Assembly (NCBI GenBank): GCA_951406725.2
Contig: OX597828.1
Coordinates: forward strand, 1,302,001-1,366,000
Direction: 5' to 3'
Length of the DNA: 64,000 bases
Source of the DNA: Octopus vulgaris
Lineage: Eukaryota
Shown: positions 1-11,337 of the stretch, piece after piece
Layout: each line of letters begins with the position of its first letter
Position numbering within the stretch: position 1 is the stretch's first letter
Made by a program: the position numbers and the translations under genes
The notes under the pieces: model-generated
What the model was told of the DNA's origin: nothing
What the model saw: only the letters and a program-made list of their open reading frames with translations
Databases searched by the model: none

Positions 1-189
1 TATACGTACATATATATCATGAACTAACTGTTACTTTCTCAGATGCAGCATGGAATTTTGTCAGTGAACTGGTCGCGGTCCCAAAGCGACAAAAATATTT
101 TGATAAATTAAATTTAAATGTTGAAGTGAATCTAACGTCTTTTGTGTATTTCTTAAATGGCTTATAAACACCTTCCTCTCTGCAATTGT

Positions 190-224
<35 letters not shown>

Positions 225-729
225 ATGTGTGTGTGAGACTTAGCATTGCCGGGTCTAGTGCTAATGCTTGTTGTTCATTTCCAGTGTTTCAATAAAAAGT
301 TCTTACTTAATCAAGGTAGTGCAGAAACACTGTATAACTCGTGAGTTCTAGCCTTGAATTGTCTTAGATACCAGTGTGCTTCTGTTTGGTTAGCTCTAAA
401 ATGGGGTAAGAACGAAACTCAGGCTTTTTACAGATAAAGATTGCTCCATTTTGTGCTAAATCCTCTTCTTTGTTTTGGGAAATTATGTTCGCCTTTCCAT
501 TGCATATGTTTTTTAACATGTTTGACTGAGCCTCTGCAGATTCTGAGCACAGTGAAGCTTTACTGTAGCATTGTAAATTTATCGACTGCTATTTCCAGTA
601 AACATTGGTGCCTTGTTGTATCACTACTCTATAGCCCTACCTTTACGTTGCTTTATTTTACTGGAAAGTAATACATTTGTTTTGTAATATTTAATTCTTC
701 ATTGAAAAATATATTATGTGTGTGTGTAA

Positions 730-778
<49 letters not shown>

Positions 779-779
779 A

Positions 780-1800
780 ATTGAGATAGGGGTTGTAAAT
801 GCAACCCTCTATGGGATAACGTATATCCAATATACTGCTAGTGAAGTACCCAACAAAGTTAATACATAAATGTTAATGATTGCGATGCAATCAATTCATT
901 TACTGTATTATATGGGCAAAGGTAAAATGATTTACCACAAATTACTAATACAAGATAAGAAAATGGAGAAATACATCTAAATCAAATATCAATTACCAGA
1001 TAATACTCAATCACATACTTTATTAAACCACCACATAAGAGACTATAGGGTTAAATATAAAAAGCAGAACAAATCAGTGTACATAAAGGAATGTACATAA
1101 AAGAGTAATGTTGTATAATAAGTAGAATATATATAGAAGAGAATATAAATACAAGTAAATATAAATATAAGTATAAATTAGATCTTACAGCTGTTTCGGC
1201 CATGTCGATAATTATGTCTCATTTTACCAATATTAACCCTTTATGGTTGGTCAATATATAGATATAAATGAGACATTAACAAAAATATCACAAGGCCTCT
1301 TTGGAGATTATGTAATATAACTCAGTCTACATATATACCCACATGGGTGTGGGTGCGTACCCACAATACAACATATAAATATACATATGAGTGCATATAC
1401 TCACACTCCTATACATATAAAAATATACATTTACATAATGATATAAATAAATAATATAAATTAGTAAACATATATGTGTTCCACACTCAATGTCTCAGTT
1501 TTTCGACTTAATATTGTGATAATAAACATACACAAATTAATACCTAGATGCAAATATACATAGTCAATAGTACATTATATTACTTCATAATAGTTTCTAA
1601 AGTGTCATTAAAGTTAGTATCATTATCGTTGTCAATACCATTAATGTTATCATTGTTATCATTCATAATATTATTAATAACTCTTACATTATGATCCAGA
1701 GCGGAATATATGTATGTCCGTGTTCCAGTTAATAATTTTCCTTATGGCATAAATACACTATTAGATTTGAATTTAAAATTATCATTATCTTCCTCACGGT
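780..1800 (-). mobile_element. Penelope-like element 3' remnant (pseudo-LTR) with degenerate hammerhead motif
   Basis: AT-rich block with minus-strand hammerhead-like core at 1182-1308; weak LNSN...LCHK peptide near 1745-1785 reminiscent of Penelope ORF ends. Confidence 0.45.
1182..1308 (-). ncRNA. Degenerate type I hammerhead ribozyme motif
   Basis: atct-CCAAAGA-ggcc...(inner 11-bp stem atgtctcattt/aaatgagacat)...ggcc-GAAAC-agct-GUA-agat; two mismatches to CUGANGA. Confidence 0.5.
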
Positions 1801-1917
1801 TGGTCAATTGAGAACCGCCCGACCTCCACCACACCGTACAAGCAAAACATACACATCCACATCTAACCCTAAACCCATACATCCACACAGGCTCACACAC
1901 ACATGAATACACTCCGA

Positions 1918-2460
1918 CACTAGGTAACAGAAGCTGTCAACTACTTGTAGTTTTTCTCCCTGGAATGTGATGGCAGTTGTTCTCTGCACATTTTCAGTGT
2001 TTATTGCTCCTGAGCACCTGCCACATACAACGACTATCTTCCCAGTTAGCCTTCCTTTGATATTGCTGCACCTCTTATGTGTTCATAGCTTACACTGGGT
2101 AGATCGAGCAGGGCCATCTACCTGAAGGGATTTGTGGTTTTTCTTCCTGCCCGCTTATTAAGAGTTTTTTTTTTAGCTAGGTTGACTCTAAAGCCCTTCG
2201 TTTCTAATCCTTGCTTCCACACCTGAAACTTCTCCTCTAGTTCTGATAGTGACTCAGCAATTAGGGCAAGGTCATCAGTATAGAGGAGTTCCCAGGGGTA
2301 TCCTGTCTTGAATTCCTGTGTTTTTACCTGGAGGACTATGATAACCAGGAAGGGTTATCCTCGGTGGACTGCTATCTCCACTCGGAATTCTTCCCTGTAC
2401 TCATTGTGAATCTTCACATTACTGACAGCATCCCTGTACATGGATTGCATAGCTCTCATG
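1918..2460 (-). mobile_element. RTE LINE internal fragment (RT/PHD region)
   Basis: Clear similarity to 27630-28220. Confidence 0.85.
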
Positions 2461-2491
2461 TATATATGTCAAAACATATGTGTATATATAA

Positions 2492-4446
2492 TCTCTATAT
2501 ATAAAACTGAAATGCGTTTCGACCGCTTGGATCGCTTTGAAGGCCACTACATCCCGTTGGATTGACTCCAAAATTTACAGGGACATGTAAAATGAGGTGA
2601 TGATGCCCGTAGGCTACCTTAGAAATCCCTATCTTAAAAGGTGTCGTTGCTAGGGCCAAAAACCCACTTTGACAAGTCCACTCCCGTTCTTTAATGTATG
2701 TCTTCCTCAACTCACTCTCGCTATTTCCTCTCTTCCCAGCACTTTTTCACTCACTCTATTTCCTACATTCCCATCACTTTCACTTCGTCAAACGGCCTGC
2801 TTTTATGTATCTGTCTGCATTCATAGAGAAAATTACCATCACCACCACAACCAACACACAATCATGACAACAAATATTATGAATCTCGCCATCGCATTCT
2901 ATTGTCTGCCTGTCAACGCGCCGATCGAGCAAATACAAACAGAACACACCAACGAGCATTCGTGTTCTGGTGATAACGTAGGTTTTTCGTATCTATTACA
3001 TTTTAACATTTATTTAGAACCCTGCAAATTTTTCGTGCTAAATTTACATTTTTTACTACTTTATTATTTTTTCTTAAATTGATGCTTTTATTAAAATTAT
3101 AATTCTAATTGTCTGGGTCAGCAGTTCGTTTCCTCGGAGGATATGGAAATTCCTATTACCCAGAAAGAAATAACTCCAGCAGCTCACAACTATTTCAACA
3201 AAGACAAGGTTACCTGCTTACCAGTCGAATTCAGCGTCAACGCTCATGTATGAGAGACACTCCAACACACATATCTACATATATATCATGTGTGCATTAT
3301 GTGGTTGGTTGAGCTGAAAATATGCAGACCTATGTTAAAAGTGCTGGCAAGTTTGCATGACAACTATTTTTTTTCCTCAAATGAAACGCATGACCTCTTG
3401 GACAAAATTCCTCATCTTATAAAATGTGGCCCCAGTAGACCCGAATGAAATCAGGTTATATTAACCAAAATGTGAAAATGGGGCTGGAAGGGGATTAAAA
3501 TTTAAATGAGCGGGTGTTTAGGAATTCTCTGTTACATCAAGCTAAAAAATTTGCGCCAGCCTTTTAATCGTCAATGTGTTGCCGTCCATGATGAAGAAGT
3601 TTTGAATGCTTGCCATGGTGAGTCTACTGTCGTGAGAAAGAATCACTTCAAAACTTGGTGTTTAGGGATTTTCTTTTACATCAAGTTCAAAATTTTACGC
3701 CAGCCGTTAAACTGTCAATACGTTGCTGTCCGTCATTATGAAATGCCAGCCATGGTGACTCTACTATCCTCACATTCTATCCCTTCAAACTTTGGTTTCC
3801 AATATTTTATTATTTTTATTCAGCTCGCAAGTTCGCCTGTCTCTTTTAAATGTTAGCGTTTTGCTGTCTGCCTTGAAGCAGACCTTTCCGTTGTTACTGC
3901 CTGATATTTATGATTGATCTTTCTAAATATTTTATTTCTCAACTTACTCAAGATCTTTTGTTGTTTATAAATGGGAGAGAGATAGAGAGTAAGAGAAAGC
4001 GAGGGAGAGTCCGAGAGAAAGGAAGAGTAAGAGAGTGGGGAAAGCGAGAGAGAAACAAAGAGGGAGAATCATCATCATCATCATCGTTTAAAGTCCGTTT
4101 TCCGTGCTAGCATGGGTTGGACAGTTTGACTGGGGTCTGGGAAGCCAGGAGGCTGCACCAGGCTCCATTCTGATCTGGCAGTGTTTCTACAGGTGGATGA
4201 CCTTCCTAACGCCAACCACTCTGTGAGTGTAGTGGGTGCTTTTTTCGTGCCGCCAGCACAGGTGCCAGGGCGGCTCGCAGCGGCAACGATTGGTTGGTGC
4301 TTTTTACGTGCCACCAGCACAGAAGCCAGTCAAGGCGGCGCTGCAATCGGCCACGTTCGGATGGTGCTTTTTACGTGCTGAAAGGAAGCAACAGAAAGTA
4401 ACAACCACACTCTTACCTGCGTGTAGAGCGGGTCACCTTCAGCTAG
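2492..4446 (+). mobile_element. Non-autonomous Helitron-like element, interrupted by an RTE tail
   Basis: A|TCTCTATATATAAAACTGA 5' end shared with 40021; 3' hairpin acctgc..gcgggt then CTAG|T at 4443-4446. Confidence 0.6.
4068..4378 (-). mobile_element. RTE LINE 3' end (UTR + (GAT)n tail)
   Basis: Near-identical to 8912-9100 and 26556-26800. Confidence 0.9.
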
Positions 4447-4489
4447 TATTATATATATTATATTTAATAATAAATAAAGTAAAATATGT

Positions 4490-4610
4490 GTTAGCAACCA
4501 TTATCTTGGCCTATGCCCCTTAGCCGGGGCTACCCAATGGACAGAAAGACCAATTCTATGACACCCTCTTGCAGACTACCTCGTTGCTGAATGACAGGGA
4601 CCTTCTCTTT
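4490..4610 (+). mobile_element. RTE LINE endonuclease fragment
   Basis: Matches 51410-51530 (ATIILAYAP...VAGDFNG). Confidence 0.8.
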
Positions 4611-6175
4611 GTGGCTGGTGACTTCAATGGCAGACTTTGTTAACGCCAACATATCTTCGTCTGTCAGAGTTTCAGAGTGGGAATTGATGAAATTGTTGAC
4701 CTCATCTTGCGTGAAGTTGTCAAAATATTCACCTCCAAGTAATTTTGCCAGTTTCAGCACATTGACAGCCTCGTGGTGAATATCTTTGGGAGAGAAGCCC
4801 TCGTAGTCCTGACACCCTTTGGCCATGCAATGAGTGTTTCTTGTTTCATGTCTTTAAGATTGTAGATAACTGACAGGCATGTTGCAATCATGAAATTACG
4901 CCAGTACACCTATAACTTGAAATTCTTGTCCATATTCATTGCGTCCACAAGGTGTTGGTGAGAGTTCTGAGTATAGAGTGTCTTGATGGCACAGATCACG
5001 TCTTGATCGATAGGCTTGATGAGGGAGGTGGTGTTAGCAGGCAAGAACTCGACCTGGACTCCCTCGTGCTTCAAATCAAAAGAACGCCCACCAGCATTAT
5101 CCATAGCAAGCAACACTTTGAATTCCATTTATACGTTTTGGAAGTATTCTTTGGTTTGAGGGATGAAGTCTTGGTGGGAGTAATTCAAAGTTAGAGCTTT
5201 GGTAATCCATGTGCATCCGGTGGACAGGCAGGAGGTTTTTATTTGTATTTTTGAAGGCTCTTGTGTTCTCGGACTTGTAGATAAGTCCTGGTTTTATCAT
5301 GAAGCCAGCAGCATTGCCACATATAATTAGCACCACTCTGTTTTTCTGTGCCTTAAATCCTGGTGCCCTGGCTTCGTCCATCATGTTGTATGTTCTGGAA
5401 GGCATCTTCTCCCAGTACAAGCCATTCTTGTCCATATTGAAAACCTGTTCCTGCTTGTATCCCTTGTCCTCGATGATCTCACTGAAGGTTCCAAGGTACT
5501 TCTTGGTGGCTTCTTTGTCAGCTGATGCTGTCTCTCCATTCAGGGAAACACACTTTATTTTAAACCTTTTCTGGAAACGGTCAAACCATCCCTTGCTGGT
5601 TTGAAAATCTTTGGGCTCTGGTGCTGTCAGTGGTATTGGTTGTGGTTCTCCAATACCTTCTGCTCCATCTCCTGCTATAATTTCCGTACTTTCTCGTAGT
5701 TGATGTTACCACTCAGTTACTGTTCCATAATGCCAAGGTAAATTTCATCCTGACAAAGTGTTTATTTCTCACTGTCGTTATCTTTGTGGCACTTTCACAG
5801 AAACTTACTGCTACAGTAGACCTAATCACTACCTCATTCTTCTTTATGTAGTGTGTCATAACTTTTACCTTCCTGGAGCATGTCCAGCAGGTGTACCTTC
5901 TCATTGAATGTCGTAACCTTTTTCTGGCGTTTAAGTTCACTGCCAGAAGCCTTAGGTGTAAGGCATTTGGGTGGCATCTTAGGGCTTTAATAACATGCTA
6001 TGGAAAACACAACACTCAACAAAATATTTGAGATAGCTACTAGATGCAGGTTTTTCCGAAAAAATGTACAAAAAAAATCTTTCTTGTGTCTAATAGGCAC
6101 ATACGACCAATGGGAGATTGAGCATGCATTAAAAATAATCATGATTTTGAAAAATTTAGTTTGCGTTACCACTTG
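4611..6175 (-). mobile_element. pogo/Tigger DNA transposon, degenerate transposase
   Basis: SKGWFDRF (CENP-B HTH), FNMDKNGLYWEKMPSRTY, VLLAMDNA, FLPANTTSLIKPIDQ motifs across frameshifts; termini not identified. Confidence 0.85.
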
Positions 6176-6375
6176 GTAGAGTAATCTATACTCTCATATT
6201 TATAATAATAATAAGAGTGAGAGAGGGATATTGCCACGAAAGAAGTCAATAAAAAATTGTGGACGATATATTCATGATACCTCAAATATGCAATGGTTTT
6301 TGTAAACAAACATTCATTCTGCTAATAACCAGAACCACAAATAAGCGGGGGTATAGTGTATACACACACACACAT

Positions 6376-6422
<47 letters not shown>

Positions 6423-6435
6423 GTATTTATATATA

Positions 6436-6813
6436 CTCTTTACTCTTTTACTTGTTTCAGTCATATTTTACTGTGGCCATGCTGGAGCATCTCCTTTAGT
6501 CGAGCAAATTGACCCCAGGGCTTATTCTTTGTAAGCCCTAGTACTTATTCTATTGGTCTCTTTTGCTGAAATGCTAAGTTACGGGGACGTAAACACACCT
6601 GCATTGGTTGTCAAGCGATGTTGGGGGGGACAAACATATAGACACATATATGACAGTCTTTTTCCAGTTTCCGTCTACTAAATCCACTCACAAGGCTTTG
6701 GTTGGCCTGAGGCTATAGTAGAAGACATTTGCCCAAAGTGCCATGCAGTGGGACTGAACTCAGAACCATGTGGTTGGTAAGCAAGCTACTTACCACACAG
6801 CCACTCCTGCGCC
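6436..6813 (-). mobile_element. tRNA-derived CORE-type SINE
   Basis: Pol III A/B-box head, tgggcaa core, (AAAGAGT) tail; matches 57613-57942. Confidence 0.85.
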
Positions 6814-6834
6814 TATATATTTTTATTTTAATAC

Positions 6835-7610
6835 TAAAAGGATAAAATTAATTAATCAATAATTAATAATTTTACCAAGTAGATTGGTACGTTAAAATAA
6901 CCTTTTTTGGTAAAAATTATACAAATATTCTATAATTATAAACATAAATTATAATTAGGAGTCAGCTAATTGCTTCACCACGCACCAAATTTAGAAATAG
7001 GATTTAAAATTCCTTTTCTGCTATCGTAAAGATCTCCCAGATAGTAACACACTTTTTTCCATAGGCAAATGGAAAAATAACGAATCCACACAACTCAGAT
7101 TAGCTACATACCCGTTTCGGGATTAAAGTAAAGTTATATAGTTACTTACTTATTTCACCCCTTCAGTGCAGCATTTCAAATATAAATTTGAGAGTGCCAG
7201 GATTAAATATGTATGCGATCAAGCGCCATCGCATAACTGATATCCAACCAACACTTCCAAAAATATGCAGCCGAATGTAAACACATATTTATCCTTAATA
7301 CTCACGTGTATGTTATGAGCAATCCCGCAGAAACTGCAGTTTTCAATGAGGGTGTAATTATAATTTCAATATTAATCATAAAAGGGTAAAATTAATTAAT
7401 TAATAATTAATTATTTTACCAAGTAGATCAGTACGTTAAAATAACCCTTTTTAGGTAAAAATTATACAAATATTCTATAATTATAAACATAATTATAATT
7501 AGGGGTCAGCTAATTACTTCACCATGCACCGAATTAAAATTCCTTTTCTGCTACCGTAAAGATCTCCCAGATAGTAACACACAATAATTAATAATTTTAC
7601 CAAGTAGATC
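6835..7610 (-). mobile_element. Penelope pseudo-LTR / retrozyme-like partial tandem with hammerhead motif
   Basis: ~210-bp direct repeats 6835-7052 and 7379-7582 (period ~544) flanking a hammerhead-like motif. Confidence 0.55.
7103..7172 (-). ncRNA. Minimal type I hammerhead ribozyme motif (one core lesion)
   Basis: gctgca-CUGAAGG-gg...ccc-GAAAC-gg-GUA-tgtagc; 6-bp stem I, minimal stem III. Confidence 0.6.
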
Positions 7611-7924
7611 ATTATAATGTTAGTTCTCAGCAGAGGGTCTTGCTGATACTCTAGGTTAAAAGGGTAGCTTGTCTCATACAACTCCTGAGAAATGAAACAT
7701 TGAATGCAATTCAAAATGATTCAAGTGTATAGCATAAATACAGTGATTACTATGATATATTAAATTATATTATGATATAGGTGGCCCCTTAGCAATTAAA
7801 ATGTAAAGGCAAGTTAGTCAATGAAGGTACAAACTAGTAGCAGCAATTGCTAGAAATAAGAATGAAAAATGTACATGTATGTATATGTATATATATATAT
7901 GTGTGTGTGTGTGTGCATTCAGGC

Positions 7925-8440
7925 TGAATTCCTGGTGGGCTGTTAAGAGTTTGTTTATGAGGTGCTGCATTTGCTTCTCATAGTGTGCTGCCAATACTGC
8001 ATTGTCCACAAACAACATTTCTCTGATGAGTATTTGATGAATCTGGATTTTGCTTTCAGCCTTGACAGACCAGATAGTTTCCTGTTTGATTTGATGTGGG
8101 GGTAGGCACCATCAGTTGACACTACAACTGCATTATTTAGCATCACTGCAAAGGGGATGCCAAACAGGGTGAGTGCAAAGACATAGCCCTGCTTTTCACC
8201 ACTGCATATGTTGAATGCCTCCAATGAAAAGCCATCAAATTGAATGACACCTTCCATATCTAACTGAAATGATTGGACTATCCTGAGAAATCTTGGAGGA
8301 CATTCAATCTTGGCAAGGATTTTGAATAGGCCATCTATTAACTAGCTCGAAATCCTTTGTGAGATGAATAAAGTTGATGTAGAGTGGTTGCCTTTGTTCT
8401 CAGCACTTCTGTAACTGTCAAAAAGAGAGGATCATGTTGA
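7925..8440 (-). mobile_element. RTE-BovB-type LINE RT fragment
   Basis: MEGVIQFDG..EAFNICSGEKQGYVFALTLF, MLFVDN(=LFADD) motifs. Confidence 0.8.
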
Positions 8441-8910
8441 GATTCATGATATCCCCTCTCAGCAATTTTATGTAGTCTGTTATTATATATTTATATAATT
8501 ATAATTATCATTAAAACCCACAAGTTTTGTGAAATACAGCTGCCCAGGGTTTCTTGGTTGAAATATTAATTCATTTTGCCATTTATCAAGCTATTTAATA
8601 TGACAAGACAGTTTAACTGTTTTGAATGCACATATAGAAAAAGACAGAGGAAAACAACTGTTTAGCAAACATAACCAGTATCTTACATATATCAAAATAA
8701 TTTCAACCGGACTGCAATGGTTTATTATGTATCCAGTGGTCTATTTTTAATTTCTGCTAAGCTGTAATTTTTAAAATGCAGACATAAACGAAAAATTTTG
8801 TTTCTGGAATTTATACAGTCATTGGAGGTTATTAAGGTTTTAAGTTTTTTAAAAATATATATATAATTTTTTGTATATACAGGGTGTGTAAGATATTTGA
8901 GGACAGATTT

Positions 8911-10318
8911 CATCATCATCATCATCATCATCATCGTTTAACGTCCGCTTTCCATGCTAGCATGGGTTGGACGGTTCAACTGGGGTCTGGGAAGCCCGAA
9001 GGCTGCACCAGGCCAGTCAGATGTGGCAGTGTTTCTACAGCTGGATGCCCTTCCTAACGCCAACCACTCCGAGAGTGTAGTGGGTGATTTTATGTGCCAC
9101 CGACACAGGTGCCAGACGAGGCTGGCAGACGGCCACGCTCGGATGGTGTTTTTTATGTGCCACCGACACAGGTGCCAGACGAGGCTGGCAGACGGCCACG
9201 CTCGGATGGTGTTTTTTATGTGCCACCGACACAGGTGCCAGACGAGGCTGGCAGACGGCCACGCTCGGATGGTGTTTTTTATGTGCCACCGACACAGGTG
9301 CCAGACGAGGCTGGCAGACGGCCACGCTCGGATGGTGTTTTTTATGTGCCACCGACACAGGTGCCAGACGAGGCTGGCAGACGGCCACGCTCGGATGGTG
9401 TTTTCTTATGTGTCACCGACACAGGTGCTAGACGAGGCTGGCGGACAGCCACGCTCGGATGGTGTTTGTTACGTGCCCTCAGCACGGAGGCCAGTCATTG
9501 CGGTACTGGCTACAGTCACGTTCGGATGGTTTTCTTATGTGCCACCGGCACTGTTACCACAAGGATACAAATTCCATTGATGTTCATCTATTTTGATTTG
9601 GTTCGATTTGATTTGATACGATTCGATTCTCACTTGCCTCAACAGGTCTTCACAAGTGTCACAAGAAGGAAGGTATGCACAGGTGGACTGACTACGTCCC
9701 AGGTAGGGGCCACGGATTATGGCTTCACTAGTCTTGCCGGGTCTTCTCACGCACAGCATACTTCCATAGGTCTCGGTCTCTAGTCATTTCCATGGTGAGA
9801 CCTAACGTCCGAAGGTCGTGCTTCACCACCTCGTCCCAGGTTTTCCTGGGTCTACCTCTTCTACGGGTTCCCTCAACTGCTAGGGATTGGCACTTTCTCA
9901 CACACCTCTCTTCATCCATTCTCGCCACATGACCATACCAGCGCAATCGTCTCTCTTGCACACAACAACTGATGCTTCTTAGGTACAACATTTCTCTCAA
10001 GGTACTAACGCTCTGTCGAGTAAGTACACTGACATTACACATCCATCGGAGCATACTGGCTTCGTTCCTCACGAGCTTACGCATGTCCTCAGCAGTCACG
10101 GCCCATGTTTCACTGCCATGTAGCATAGCTGTTCGTACACATGCATCATACAGTCTGCCTTTTACTCTGAGCGAGAGGCCTTTAGTCACCAGCAGAGGTA
10201 AGAGCTCCCTAAACTTTGCCCAGGCTATTCTTATTCTAGCAGTTACACTTTCAGCGCACCCACCCCCACTACTGACTTGGTCACCTAGATAGCGGAAACT
10301 ATCAACTACTTCTAGTTT
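8911..10318 (-). mobile_element. RTE LINE 3' part with expanded 3' UTR array
   Basis: Open C-terminal ORF FRYLG...LRWYGHVARM...RRRGRPRKTW; (GAT)n tail. Confidence 0.93.
9082..9552. repeat. 63-bp minisatellite, five near-identical plus ~2-3 diverged units
   Basis: atgtgccacc recurs at 9092, 9155, 9218, 9281, 9344, diverged at 9408 onward. Confidence 0.95.
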
Positions 10319-10329
10319 ATGTTTATAAA

Positions 10330-10714
10330 AAAAACCCAGATATATAATGAGAGCACAAACCTTTGCCATGGTCACACCAACATCCTCTCAACGATTAGCC
10401 AGAGATGATTTTTAAAATGAGAATATCTGAAATAAATTTGACTGCTCTCACAAACAAGAATACTAAAAGTGAACCTGACGGCTCTCAAAAATTAAGTAAA
10501 AAAAAAAAAAACAGGAAAAAAAAATCTAGAATCCTTGTTGGGTACTGGATTGATCCCAAAATTAATCAATTCATGCCAGTCATGAGGCCAAAGATTCCTG
10601 AAAGTTTTATTCGAATCCATCCAGCGGTTCTTGAGATATTTTGTCCATGGACAAACAAACAAATAAATGTGACTGAAAATAATACCTCTGCCTTAGCGAA
10701 GGCAGAGGTAATAA
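10330..10714 (-). mobile_element. Helentron-associated (DINE-1/HINE-like) element
   Basis: Terminal palindrome acctctgcctt..aaggcagaggt, (CAAA)n microsatellite, subterminal inverted match acctttgcc at ~10360. Confidence 0.45.
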
Positions 10715-11337
10715 CAGATAATAACTTTATTTATCAAAAAATTGCTATGAGGATAAAATTAAACCTTGTTTTCTATAATGTTATTCAACAAAGCCACTTT
10801 CAGCTTCAACAACTACTTCTATATGAGATCTAAATCATCTATACGTTCGAATCAAGTGGTCCTGGTTCATTTTGTCATTACTCTGATATGGCAGCTTTCA
10901 AAGATATGTATTAGTCCAATGGCTTGAAATCTGGGGAATTAGGAGGCCAAATGTTAGGGGTTATGTGATCATGAAAATTTTCAACCATCCATTCCTGTAT
11001 TACTAGATCCATGTGTGATAGTGCAGAGTTTTACTGAAACACATATGGCCTTCCGTTACATACACTGTCTATCCAGGGCTTAATAATTATTTCCAGGACC
11101 TCAATGTAGGCGGCCTTGTGGAAAGAAGTAAGGAGGCATCACATGTCCTTCATTACTGACAAACCCTAAAACCATGACAGTTGCAGGAAATTTTGTATGC
11201 ATAACACCTAGAACTTCAGAAGGGCCTGCACATAACTATCTGTCATTTCATCTGTTAACTTTTTGATCTTGGTTGAAGTTTTTCTTGTTTGAGAAAAATC
11301 AAATCAAATCTTCTGCTGGATTTTCCAGTTTGTTTAA

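Noticed and set aside
43-166. Possible upstream Myb exon after ttctcag
   Set aside because: No Myb similarity and no donor giving the phase required by exon 13275.
2669-3082. 137-aa ORF
   Set aside because: Low complexity, no recognisable domain, inside the Helitron-like element.
8954-9783. Long repetitive ORFs in several frames; superficially CRISPR-like array
   Set aside because: By-product of a stop-free 63-bp repeat in a LINE UTR; no unique spacers or cas genes, eukaryotic context.
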